A DNA stretch of 64,000 bases from Lama glama (lineage: Eukaryota), in NCBI GenBank assembly GCA_028534125.1, contig CM052816.1, positions 23,252,001-23,316,000 of the forward strand, read 5' to 3'. This document shows, piece by piece, positions 25,445-37,695 of the stretch (within the stretch, counting starts at the first letter, position 1; every line of letters begins with the position of its first letter). Made by a program: the position numbers and the translations under genes. The notes under the pieces are model-generated. The model saw only the letters and a list, made by a program, of their open reading frames with translations. It did no database searches and was not told the origin of the DNA.

Positions 25445-26694
25445 GTGACATTAACTATAGTGAGGAAAACTAAAGGAAGAGGTTTCAGCACAAGATGGAA
25501 ATAAAATTTTTGATTTACACATTATTTCTGCGGTACATATGAGGATTTGATAATTTACATCAAATAAAATTGTTCAGCAAAGAAGCCCGATGTGAGTCCC
25601 TAGGGAGACAGTATAGCAGAGAAGACAGCAGGGCCCAGACTTGAGCGCTACAGTATGAGAACATTTGGACACCAGGTGGAGACTGAGAATCCAACAAAAG
25701 AGGGCATTTGCTGACCCTGACAAAGGCAGTTAATGTAGAGGTGAGATCAAAACAAGACAGGATAGGTTGAAGAGCCAGGGAAGTCAGGAATTAGAGGGAG
25801 AATGGAGATTTCCCATTTGTAAAACGGTCAAGTTTATCCAGCCACGTTTGTTAGCATATTACAAATCAGAGTACAATGTAGAGTTTTGCAGAACTGAGAA
25901 AACTCCATTTGAGACATTCTTTTCCAGCTTGGAAAAAAGAAACATATCCCCAAGTGTAAATGCCAACTGTCTGTTATTAAATGAAAGTACTGCAAATGTC
26001 TCAATTTTATACAGTGTCTCCAAAAAATGGATATTGAAGCTTTAATCTGAATTTGGGTATACAGCAAGATTTACTTGCACTTAAAATGAATTTAAAAACC
26101 AAATCAGGTAAAAATAGATAAAATTAATGTATTAGTAATGACTAACAAATGAGTGTGTCACATGACAAAGAATTTATTTTACTGTCCCCTTTCCTCAAAT
26201 TTTCCTACTCCTAGAAAGCAAACCCTAATGTGAAAAATGACTCAATCCAACTGTAGACTATTTGCAATGTCACAGAACAGAAACAATCATGTAATTCTGG
26301 GTTATTTTTTCATGTACGAAGTATTTTCCTATCAAGACATTATTTTTGATTTGAGAAAGAATATAATGAGGAAATTATTTTTGTTAAGAAGGAAAAAAAG
26401 ACACAAAGGCATTCTTTAACAATAATATAAACACAATGTTTAAGTTCTGGGAGAATATTCAGTCTTTTGCCAGACCTATCACATTATATCCTCCTATCTG
26501 TGGATGCCACTGACTATAAAAGATAATTTCACATGATTTAATTAGTTTGAAATATTAATATATAAACAATATGTATTCTGACAACACAGTATTTTCTTTC
26601 ATATGCAGAAATAGTAATTGGCCTAATTAAAATAGCTGATACAATTTTTTTCCACAAGCAATACTTAAAAATTTGAAAAATACTTGAGGGCCCA

Positions 26695-29610
26695 CATAAA
26701 TAAAGCTGGAAATGAAAGAAAAGGTACTATCAACACTACAGAAATACAAAAGGTCATAAGAGATTGCTATGAACAATTATATACCAATATACTGGACAAC
26801 CAATAATTAATGAATAAATTCCTAGAAATGTGCAATCTCCCAAGACTGATTCAGGAAGAAATACAAAGCATGAACAGACTAATTACCAGTAATGAAATTG
26901 AACCAGTAATCAAAAAACTCCCAACAAACAAAATTCAAGGACCAGATGACAACACATGTGAATTCTACCAAACAGCTAAATAATAGTTAATGTCTACCCT
27001 TCTAAAACTCTTCCCCCAAATTGAAGAATGCTTCCAAATTCATTCTGTGAAGCCAGCATCACCCTGATACCAAAACCAGGTAAAGACAGCACAAAAAAAG
27101 AAAACTACAGGTCAATAACCCTGAAGAATATAAAAGCAAAAATCCTCAACATAATATTAGCAAATCAAATCTAACAATACAGTAAAAGGATCATACACTA
27201 TGACTGAGGTTTATCCCAGGGATGCAAGGATGGTTCAATATTCATAAATGAATCCATGTGATACACCATGCAAACAAATTGAAGAATAAAAATCATACAA
27301 TCATCTCAATAGATGCAGAAGAACTTTTGACAAAATTCAGCATTCATTTATGACACAAACTCTCAACAAAGAGGGCATGGGGGAACATATCTCAACACAA
27401 TAAAAGCCAGATATGACAAAACCACAGCCAACATCATACTCAATGGTGAATAGGTGAAAGCATTTCCTCTAAGATCAGGAACAAGACAAGTATGCGACCC
27501 TTGTCACTTTCATTCAATGACATAGTGTTTGAAGTCAGAGCCACAGAAATTAGACAAGAAAAAGAATCCAAACTGGAAAGAAAGAAGTAAAACTATCACT
27601 CTTTGTGTATGACATGATACTACATATAGAAAATCCTGAATATGCCAGCAAAAAACTATTAGAACTAATACACGAATTCAGTAAAGTAGCAGGATACAAA
27701 CTACACAGAAATCTGTTTCATTTCTATATACTAATAACAGAAAATGAAAATAAGAGAACAACCCCGTTTATAATTGCATCAAAAAGAAATATCCAGGAAT
27801 AAGTCTAATCAAGGAGGTTTTAGGAATAAATCTAGTAAAGGAGGCAGAAGATTTGTACTTAGAAAACTATAAGGTATTAATGAGAGAAATCGACAAAAAG
27901 CAATGGAAAGATAGACCATGCTCAAAGATTGGAAGAATCTACGTTGTTAAAATGACCATACTACCCAAGGCAATCAACAGATTTAATGCAATCCCTATCA
28001 AAATACCAATGGCATTTTTCAAAGAACTAGGACAAATAATTCTAAAATTTATGTGGAAACACAAAAGACCCTAAATAGCCGAAGCAATCTTAAACAATAA
28101 CAAGGCTGGAGGTACCACATTCCCTCTTTTCAAACTATATTACATAGCTACAGTAATCAAAACAGCCTGGTACTGGTACAAAGACAGACAAATAGATGAA
28201 TGGAACAGTATAGAGAGTCTAGAAATAAATCCATGCTTATGTGGTCCATTAATCTATGACAAAGGAGGCAAGATCATACAATGGAAGAACAAGACTCATC
28301 AACAAATAGTGTTGAGAGAACTAGACAGCTACATGTATAACAATCAAACTGGACTACTTTCTCATACCCTATACAGGAATAAACTCAAAATGGATTAAAG
28401 ACTTAAATGTAAGAACTGAAACCACTAACCTCCTAGAAGAAAACATAGGCTGTATGCTATTTGACAGTCTTAGCGATATTTTGGGGGGTATATCTCCTCA
28501 GGAAAGGGAATTAAAAGTAAAAATAAACAAATGGGACTAGGTAAAATCAAACAGCTTCTGCACAGCAAAGGAAACTATCAACAAAATGAAAAGGAAGCCT
28601 ACTGTACGGGAGAAGATGCTTGCAAATGATACATCCTATGAAAAGTTAGTATCCAAAATATACAAACAACTCACGTAACTCAACATCAAAAAAACTCAAA
28701 CAACTCAATTGAAAAATGGGCAGAGGACTTGAGAAATTTTTCCAAAAAGACATTCAGATGGCCAACAGGCACATGAAAAGATGCACAACATTGGTAATCA
28801 TCAGGGAAATGAAAATCAAAACCACAATAATATATCACCTCACATCTGTCAGAACAGTTATCACCAAAAAGACAACAAATAACAAGTGTTGGCCAGGATG
28901 CAGAGAAAAGGAAACCCTCACGTACTGTTGATGGGATTGTAAATTGGCATGGCCATACAGAAAACAGTATGGAGGCTCCTCAAAAAATTAAACACAGACC
29001 TTCCTCATGATCCAGCAATTTCACAAAAACACTGATTCAGAAAGATATAAGCAGTCCAGTGTTCACTGCGGCATTATTTACAATAAGCCAAGGTATGGAA
29101 GCAACCTAAGTGCCCATCAGTAGATGAATGGATAAAGAAGATGTGGTATGCATACACAATAGAATATTACTCATTCACTAAAAGAAAAGGCAATCTTGCC
29201 ATTTGTAACAAATGTTTGGATCTAGAGGGTATGATGCTAAGTGAAATAAGTCAGATAGAGAAAGACAAATACTACATGATGTGGAGTCTAAAGAACAAAA
29301 TAAGCAAATAAGCAAAACAAAAATAAACCCTTAAATACAGAGAACAAACGGGTGAATGCCAGAGGGTGCAGGGTGCACAAAATAGGTGAAAGGTACTAAG
29401 AGGTAAAAAACTCCAGTAATGAAATAAAGAAGCCATGGTCATGTCATACCTAGCAAAAGGAAGACGGTCAATAATATTGCAATGACTTTGTTGGGGAAAG
29501 ATGGCTACTAGACCTACTGTGGTGATCATTTCATAACGTATGCAAATGTCAAAGCACATTGCCTGAAACCAATACAATATTGTAAGTCAACTTCTTCAGT
29601 TACAATTTTT
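26695..29610 (+). mobile_element. L1 LINE (laurasiatherian/artiodactyl type), 5'-truncated, degraded ORF2 RT region plus 3' UTR (~2.9 kb)
   Basis: ORF-track fragments YDMILHIENP..SKKLLELIHEFSKVAGYK and [27 protein letters not shown] are L1 ORF2p; 3' UTR ..ggtgatcatttcataacg..cctgaaaccaatacaatattgtaagtcaac. Confidence 0.93.
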
Positions 29611-30138
29611 TAAAATACCTTCTTCATAAATAAGTACACCTGAAGTGAAGCAAAAGAGAGCAACACCTCCCATTAAAAAAATCAAATCCTTCTAGTACAC
29701 AGAAATTTTTTTTGAGGGTTCCACAAGATTTCCTAGTTCTAAAGCAATCACTATATAGATACACACACATTTATATATGCATTTGCAATGCAATAAACAT
29801 GAATATCTGGACATTCACGTGTGTGTAAATATGAAATATATGTGCAATATATGAAATAAAGCATCCCCAAGTCCTCCACTGAGTGTTTGTTCCTGAACAT
29901 GGACAAACATGTGGAAGTAATTTATAACCCCTCAAAATACATAACCAGATTGCTTTTGCTCCTAGGAAGTCCCTGGGAGGGAGGGAAAGAAATTCCTACT
30001 TGATATGGCAAGAAGTGCTTCCCAGGAAATTCAAACGTGTGACTAGAAGCACACTGACATCCTGGCCACCACAGAAGTCTCAGGGCAGGGCAGCCAGGCT
30101 TGAACTTGGCTGGGCTCTGTGTCTGTAACACAGGTTAC

Positions 30139-30219
30139 CTAGGTAGCTGTGTGCCGGCTTCTCCTCCACGACCTTGATTCTTCTTGCTCCCGCAGGTATC
30201 ACCAGCACTTCTACATAAC
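30139..30219 (-). CDS. ADAMTS19: ADAMTS19 coding exon, spacer domain (GYVEVLVIPAGARRIKVVEEKPAHSYLA)
   Basis: 81 nt, phase 1-1; acceptor ctcttacag|GT, donor TAG|gtaacc; spacer motif GY..V..IPAGA..I.V.E. Confidence 0.95.
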
Positions 30220-31911
30220 CTGTAAGAGTCAATAAGACATGAGATACATCTCGAGTTCTTTGAATTTTTCTTTTCTTAATTGACTTGCCCTCTTTTTCTT
30301 TTGGTTTTTGCTATGCTATTTCAATACCTATATAAAGAAAAAAATGTACGTATAAAAGCTGCCATCATTTCCAACGGAGAAGTTTCCTGGAAAGATGTTG
30401 AGAATACAGCAAAGAGGCGACTGTATTCTCGGTGAAAAAGCTCCCTGATATCTCATGAATTACGAGGGGAGGAAAAAGTAAATTGGGACAGCCCAGTTAG
30501 AAACACAGTGAATCTTGGAACAGAGCAAGCAACTTCAGATTCTGTTCATGGCACTCCTTTAAGTTAGCGAGTGTGGGAAGGAGGAAATGCAGCTGGAGAG
30601 CACACAGCTGCGGGCATCTGGCCCCTGGAGCAGCTGAGTGTAGGACCAGAGAGACCAAACACTCCCTGAGGAGATTAACAAAGCATTTTGCAACTGAGGC
30701 TGGAGACAAGTAAGTGTAAGGCCACACCAAGCAATCTGTGTCACCTTGGAAGGTGTCAGACAGCTAGAAGCAAGATACACTGAGGTGTTTCTCAGGAAAG
30801 TTTTTTCAGCAGGCATTAGGGATGTAATGCTTGAAGTGAAATAAGGTAAGACAAAGTTGGAAGAGAAGACGTGCAGAAAAAGTCAAAATCAAGACTTCAC
30901 TTGGTGCAGAATAGTGACAGAGTAGATGCCAACTTGTGGCAAAAATACATATGATTTAAAATTATATTAAAATAATATTTAATATTCTTCTTAGTATTTC
31001 TGTGTAGCTCCATCTAGCCCTGACACAAGTCTAATTTCAAAGCTAGTTTTTAAAAGGCACAACAGCTAATCCCAGCGTTGTCTCCTACTGATCAATTATT
31101 CAAATTCCTGAAACTATTCACAGTTGTTTGGTGTATACCAAAAAGGTAGCAGACACCCCACCTGGCGGAATCAGAGGCTTGTGTTTTTCAAATCATAATT
31201 TCCATTAGTGAATACTACTTACACAATTTAACCATTTCTAGTAACAACAAATCACACAAGCACTAGCATTTGTTATGTGGACAAAATATGCAGCAATGAA
31301 AACAGAAACAAACGCTTACTGCCTATTTGTATAGAAGAAAGGTAAGAGAGTCTGTGTACTCAGTGAGCACAAATATCTTACATAAAAGCGAGTTAAATAA
31401 AACTTCCAAAATTATGTCAAAAAGATCACATGCAAAGTAATATGGTTAATTCCCTGCTGAAAAACAGAAACCAATGTTCTTTAAGTGTCCTCCTTCTCTG
31501 ATCAAACCACTGTTCAAAAGTTTCCCCGCTAGTTTTAGCTCAGAGAAGTGGGATTTCTTTCCTTTTAAATGGTGATATACATTACTCATGTTTGAGAAAA
31601 TACTGGCATTAGCAGGAATCACAGTGATTTGGAGAAGAGGACATTTCATATAATCAAGGAAAGTGTCACAAAGGAAACAGATGAACTGTCCCTGAAGAAT
31701 GGATAGGGTTTGGATACAAAGCTGACCACTGAACAACATGTGGGCTAAGGGTACCAACCCTTCCAATAGTTAAAAAAAAAAAAAGTTTAATTAATAGCCA
31801 GCCCTCTGTATAAGTGGTTTCTCTGTATCTGCGGTTTGGCACCCACAGATTCAAACAGCTGCAGGTCGATTGTGTGCCACTGTAGTATTTAGTATTAAAA
31901 AAAAAAATCCA

Positions 31912-33022
31912 AACGACAACCTATGGAATGGGAGAAAATTTATGCAAATGATGAAACCAACAAAGGCTTGATCTCCAGAATACATAAGCAGCTCATACGA
32001 CTTAATAAGAAAAAAAACAAACAACCCAATCCAAAAATGGGCAGAAGACCTAAACAAGCAATTCTCCAAGGAAGACATACAAATGATCAATAGGCACATG
32101 AAAAAATGCTCAATTTCACTAATTATCAGAGAAATGCAAACCGAAACTATGATGAGGTATCACCTCGCACCAGTCAGAATGGCCATCATTCAAAAGTCCA
32201 CAAATGACAAATGCTGGCAAGGCTGTGGANNNNNNNNNNNNNNNNNNNNNNNNNNNNNNNNNNNNNNNNNNNNNNNNNNNNNNNNNNNNNNNNNNNNNNN
32301 NNNNNNNNNNNNNNNNNNNNNNNNNNNNNNNNNNNNNNNNNNNNNNNNNNNNNNNNNNNNNNNNNNNNNNNNNNNNNNNNNNNNNNNNNNNNNNNNNNNN
32401 NNNNNNNNNNNNNNNNNNNNNNNNNNNNNNNNNNNNNNNNNNNNNNNNNNNNNNNNNNNNNNNNNNNNNNNNNNNNNNNNNNNNNNNNNNNNNNNNNNNN
32501 NNNNNNNNNNNNNNNNNNNNNNNNNNNNNNNNNNNNNNNNNNNNNNNNNNNNNNNNNNNNNNNNNNNNNNNNNNNNNNNNNNNNNNNNNNNNNNNNNNNN
32601 NNNNNNNNNNNNNNNNNNNNNNNNNNNNNNNNNNNNNNNNNNNNNNNNNNNNNNNNNNNNNNNNNNNNNNNNNNNNNNNNNNNNNNNNNNNNNNNNNNNN
32701 NNNNNNNNNNNNNNNNNNNNNNNNNNNNNAAATGAACATAAATACAAAACAGAAACAGACTCATAGACATAGAATACAAACTTGTGGTTGCCAAGGGGGC
32801 GGGGGGGGTTGGAAGAGATAGACTGGGATTTCAAAATTGTAGAATAGATAAACAAGTTTATACTGTATAGCACAGGGAAATATATACATGATCTTGTAGT
32901 AGCTCACAGTGAAAAAAAATGTGGCAATGAATATATGCATGTTCACATATAATTGAAAAATTGTGCTCTACACTGGAATTTGACACAACATTGTAAAATA
33001 CCTATAACTCAATAAAAAAAGT
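31912..33022 (+). mobile_element. Young 5'-truncated L1 (camelid type) with 13-bp TSD, spanning the assembly gap
   Basis: ORF2 C-terminus ([38 protein letters not shown]) before the gap and 3' UTR after it; TSD aaaaaaaaatcca at 31899-31911 and 33023-33035. Confidence 0.92.
32230..32729. other. Assembly gap (500 N)
   Basis: Run of N inside the L1 copy. Confidence 1.
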
Positions 33023-34529
33023 AAAAAAAAATCCACATATAAATAGACCCATGTTGTTGAAACCTTTGTCATTCAAGAGTCAACTGTATTCAGAAAAAGA
33101 ACGAGTTCACTGCATGCAAAGAAAAGTAACGTAGTGAGTGATATTTTTAGTAGCACATAAAATAATTCTGACAGAATGAGAAGATGGCTCTATTAAGAGA
33201 GTTTAAACACATGCCCAGGACACTGAATGTATCAGTCTGAAGCTACTGAACATTCTACAGCAAGGAACTTGGTAATTAGATACCGGTTTGGAGAGGCTTT
33301 ATCTGACAGGAGTGCACAGGATACCCAGCCACACAGCTGTGGGTGCCAGTGTCAGGAAGCTAATATAAAACTCCAGGAGTGCTAGAGCCTAAGGCAGAAA
33401 ATCCAGAAGGCATTGTGAAGAAAAAAAATTCTGAATTTGAGAACCAATACAAAGTGGGGAAATAAACACTGAACACACAATGCTTTATTATTACTTATGT
33501 GAGAATGGGACCATCATGTACTGAAACACAAAGCCAAGTTTGAGTAATAATCTAATAAATCTGGCTTTGCAATTTGTATTTAACAAATTGGTATAACATC
33601 TAGTAAAAATATCCAGTAAAATCTCTGGAACATCTGGAACTTCAGGAAAAGGTCGTGCTATTGAAGTAACTCTGTGAGGCAGTAATTTAAGCCAAGGAGT
33701 AAGTGGAGGAAATTAAGAGAGAGGAGACATCAAGGATTCAACCTTGGTGACAGTTTTTTTAACAGAGAGACTGAAAAAAAAATCAGGAAAGAATATAAAG
33801 AAGGAATCACGATAAGGTGGAAATCGGGTGATTTGGGTGTAGTGGGATCTCCTGCATTAGATTCTTTTAAGAAGAGTTGTAGGTCAAGGGTATAAAAAGC
33901 TGTACAGAAATGAGAGAGAAAGGTGACTAAGGAGAGTTCACGGGCTGTCACAATCAAGAGGCACTGTTCACCTCTGGGCAAATAAATTTAGGAAAGTGTT
34001 TGGAGAAGATGCTAGATTTCAGGATGTTAAATGGCAGAGAAGAAAGAGAAAAGCAGAGGGAGTGACTGTAAATTTCTGTTTGAGTTTAACAGTAAACTCA
34101 GAGGGATGCTGTATTTTAGGACAAGAGTTATATCCAAGTTTATGGCTCAATCCAGAGCAGCTCTCTATTACTCAACTGAAATGACCTGGAGGACAGTGAG
34201 ACTGAGTTTAAAGAAGAAAGAGAGGAAGAAAAATATTAAGCAAAGACACTGGAAGAGGGATAGCCAAAGGCTGGGGCTCTACATATTTTTCATAAGCCAC
34301 TTTAAATAAGCCATTTAGCACACTTGGGAAGGCATATCTATAAAAGAAGTAAGTAGAGGAGTGGCTATTGCCAAGCTTAGAAGTTGAAATACAGCCTATG
34401 TCAATGTCATAAATTTGACCCTCACCTTGGACAGTTTACTTTGTATGTAGGAACATCCTATTTTACAACCTGTAATCCCATTCTTAATCAGCCTTCTTAA
34501 AATGCCAACAGCAATCATTATCTTCATGG

Positions 34530-34745
34530 TAGTAATAATGCTAAATGCTGCATTTTGAGCAACTGCTATGTGCTAGTCACTATTACAGATAATTTATGTA
34601 AATCATTACATTTAGCCATAATGATATCATCCAAAGCAGATATTTAATAGATTAACGGCCTCTTTCAAGACCGCCTTGTTGCTAATGAGCTGACCCAACC
34701 AAGCTTTGAATTCAGATCTGATTCCACTCTTTGCTTCCAGCTGTG
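34530..34745 (-). mobile_element. MIR SINE
   Basis: ttttgagcaactgctatgtgctagtcact...ctttgaattcagatctgattcc. Confidence 0.55.
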
Positions 34746-35359
34746 GCTCCCTGCTGCTATTTCACAGAGTAGAACACATTGCACTATGACTAAGGCTGTG
34801 GCGCACATACGAATAAAAGGTCTAAGAGCATGTGTTCCTTATACAGGATTAGTATCATCATCGCTTGTACTAAGAATAACAGACTTTATGCCCACCTTCT
34901 TCTAAGTGTATACTGATAACTATATAGTTCCACAACTGGCCAAATATACAAGTTACCTTTAAAAAGCCCCTAAAAAATTATCCGACGGCCAGGCAAGTTA
35001 CAAGGAAAGACATGATAAATGCACTAAGGAAAAAAAAATTTCTCTTCTTATTTTCTAGCTCCAACAAAAATGATTTAGCAAACTCTAAATAGAGCACAGG
35101 GACTGAAAACACCCACATGTGTCTGCACATGTGTTACTCATACAATATATACAGAGTGCCTGGCCAACTGGATCAAATAAGGCTGCAATTCCTTTAAAAG
35201 ATTCTAGGAAGTCCATAAACTGTAAGGATAAAATTGTCTCAAGAGAAATGAATACAACATTCCTAAAGCCACAAGTAGATGAAGCCCAAGATAAATTAAG
35301 GACTCATACAGATTTTTGTTTTGTAAAGTTCTTAACATGGTAATGTTTCATTATTAATT

Positions 35360-35880
35360 AAATTAACAAATGTTAATGGATCACATACTATGCTGGCCAT
35401 TGGGAATATGGCACTGAGCAAAAATAGCCATGATATTTTTCCTCACTGATCTGAAAGTCTATTGGGAAAGAAAAGACCAGTGAGTGTAACATGACAAAAT
35501 TACAACACAGCTGAACTGTCCAAACACAGACACGGTACACATCAGTAAACTAATCAGTGATAGGAGATGGAGGTTGTTCAGGGAGTGCTTCCCTGAAGAA
35601 AGGACATTTGAACTGAGATCTAACTGATGTCCAGGAATTAACCCAGCAAAGCTAAGAGGAAGCTCACAGAACCGTATTTTTAAATGCAAGGTGCTGGAGG
35701 AAGCACAGTCAGCTTGAGCATCTGTAACAAATCTGGTGGCTACAGCTTAGGGAAGGAAAGAGACCTTGATCTGAAATGATGTCAGAGAGCAAGTAGGAAC
35801 AGCATCAGGCAGGAACAACACTTTGGCCTTATGTCCAAGTTAAGAATTCTAGTCTCTTCCCTGTGAGCAATGTATAGTTA
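35360..35880 (-). mobile_element. L2 3' fragment
   Basis: aacaaatgttaatggatcacatactatg..cttccctgaagaaaggacatttgaactgagatct. Confidence 0.7.
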
Positions 35881-37574
35881 GTCTCTGGCATATGGTTACA
35901 TTTTAGACATTTTCCAAATAACAGATGCCATTAATGTAGCTTACAAACAGACTAATGAACAAAAGTAGAAATTAAAGTGCAATAAAAACAAAGGAGGTTT
36001 GAAGTAGGAACCTGGGGGAAAACGTATCCACAAAACAGCAGTCAGAATAAACACCACGTCACTGATTTTTAACTGGTATTTCTGTTCTCCCTGCTTAGTG
36101 GAAAAGTGAAGTGTTGTTACAATTAAAAAAAGGCATCAGTGCTAAATGCGCATCAGTATTCTACAGTTTCCTGCTTCCAGGCATATTAAGTAACTATGTA
36201 AGACTACTCTTCAAAAATTCTAGTATCCTTCAATCTCTTCAGTCTTTCAGATTTCATCTGAACTTCTGCACTTAAAAACTTCTCCCACCACAATCAGGCT
36301 GAAAAGCTTATTATAACTGCACCTCTTATTTGAAAGTCTGGGAGCCTGCTACAGCTTAGTCTGACTTTTCTAAATGAGATCTGACAGCTTTTGACTTGTA
36401 GGACCTATCACCTTTTTTCACAGCTTTGGCGACTGAGATTTTGATCTACAATTTACCCTGGGCTTTAGTTAATTTTTAGGCCTCAAGTTCTTCGAGCTCA
36501 CTTATCTTTTATTCTGCTGGGACCTAGGAAAAGACTGTATTCAACTTTAGAGGGCTGTGTCTAATTTTCTTCTCTGAAGGACTTTTTAACAATCAGAATG
36601 AACTCAGTCTTCTTGATTATTTAAATACAAATGGCTTACTCCTTGTATTAAAACAAATATATATTTTCCTGTCTGGTCTTCTGGTGTTTGAACAAGGAAG
36701 AAACTTAAAACAGGAAAAAGGTGATGTATGTAATGTAAGCATACTAATGATGACAAAAAATAATCATAAATACTAAGTTCAAAAGAAAGATGTCCAGGTA
36801 AGACATTACTGTAAACACAGAAAGTTTGTTTCTTCCCAGTAACCATGAGGGCCTGAGTAGAAAGCATTTTCTGTATATAAAGCATACTTGTGGGTCATTA
36901 TATTTCTGCACAGATAATATCACTTTTTGTTGTGGTTCACTTTGAAATTCACACTGTGTAGATCATCGTCAGTTCATCCTTGTATCCCCTGAGTATCAGT
37001 ATTTAGAGATGAGGAAAGAAGAGAAAAGAGAATGAGTTCCCACCATTAATATGCCTGGAACATCAGCCACATCTTTTGACTCCCTGTTATAGTTCCCAAC
37101 ATGCCACATTGCCATAGACTCCTGTTTTCAAAAATTTATTCACTTCAAATTTAGTAAAAATATTAAGAAAAAATAAAGAAAGTGGAAAGCTGAAGACCTG
37201 AAGACTAAAACTCTCAATAGTTGCTTCAGGCTGTTACAAATCATTATTCTCTGTTAGACATCATAGTTTGCATTGGAGGATAAGTCCGTAGAAACCTGAT
37301 AACATTAGCCAATGCAAATTAGATTTTTCCCTTGCTGCTCCAATTTATTAAATGCACAACAGATGACTTCATACGCTTAGTGTTGGGAAATGGGCTTGTT
37401 AGAATTTCTGGCTCATATCACATGTATTGTATGTCATCACGAGAAATCACTCAATATCCATTACAAAAGTTTTCAACAGAATCAGAACTGGAATTTCTAA
37501 GTCAAGTTCAATGTTATCTTTGCCCTCAAAGATTGTTATTGTGATTAACTTTGAAAAAATTAAAAAATAATTAC

Positions 37575-37695
37575 CTGCTCCTCTGGTGTGATTAAAATCT
37601 CCCTTAATGATTTTGCACGATTTCCCATTGCCATTGCACACACCACAATGATCTTCCCTTGCAAGAGACCCTAATAAACCATCACAGCCAACTTT
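37575..37695 (-). CDS. ADAMTS19: ADAMTS19 coding exon, end of Cys-rich region and start of spacer ([41 protein letters not shown])
   Basis: 121 nt, phase 0-1; acceptor ttctcttgctgcag|AAA, donor CAG|gtaatt; VGCD..LGS...ED.CGVC.G motif; lies inside ORF-track entry 37447..37722(-). Confidence 0.97.

Larger units (their letters stand above)
31719..33086 (-). mobile_element. Tigger2-family element split by an L1 (pieces ~31719-31911 and ~33023-33086)
   Basis: TIR-like aagctgaccactgaacaacatg at the left end and tcattcaagagtcaactg+TA at the right; internal sequence is the reverse complement of the 16703-16949 copy. Confidence 0.8.

Noticed and set aside
26695..29610. Reverse-transcriptase-like peptides as an active or domesticated RT gene
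   Set aside because: Broken into short ORFs by many stops and frameshifts, catalytic FADD motif degraded (FVYD), 5'-truncated: an ordinary dead L1.
32083..32873. Six long ORFs (174-227 aa) in all frames
   Set aside because: Artefacts of the 500-N gap; the readable parts are L1 ORF2 C-terminus and 3' UTR.
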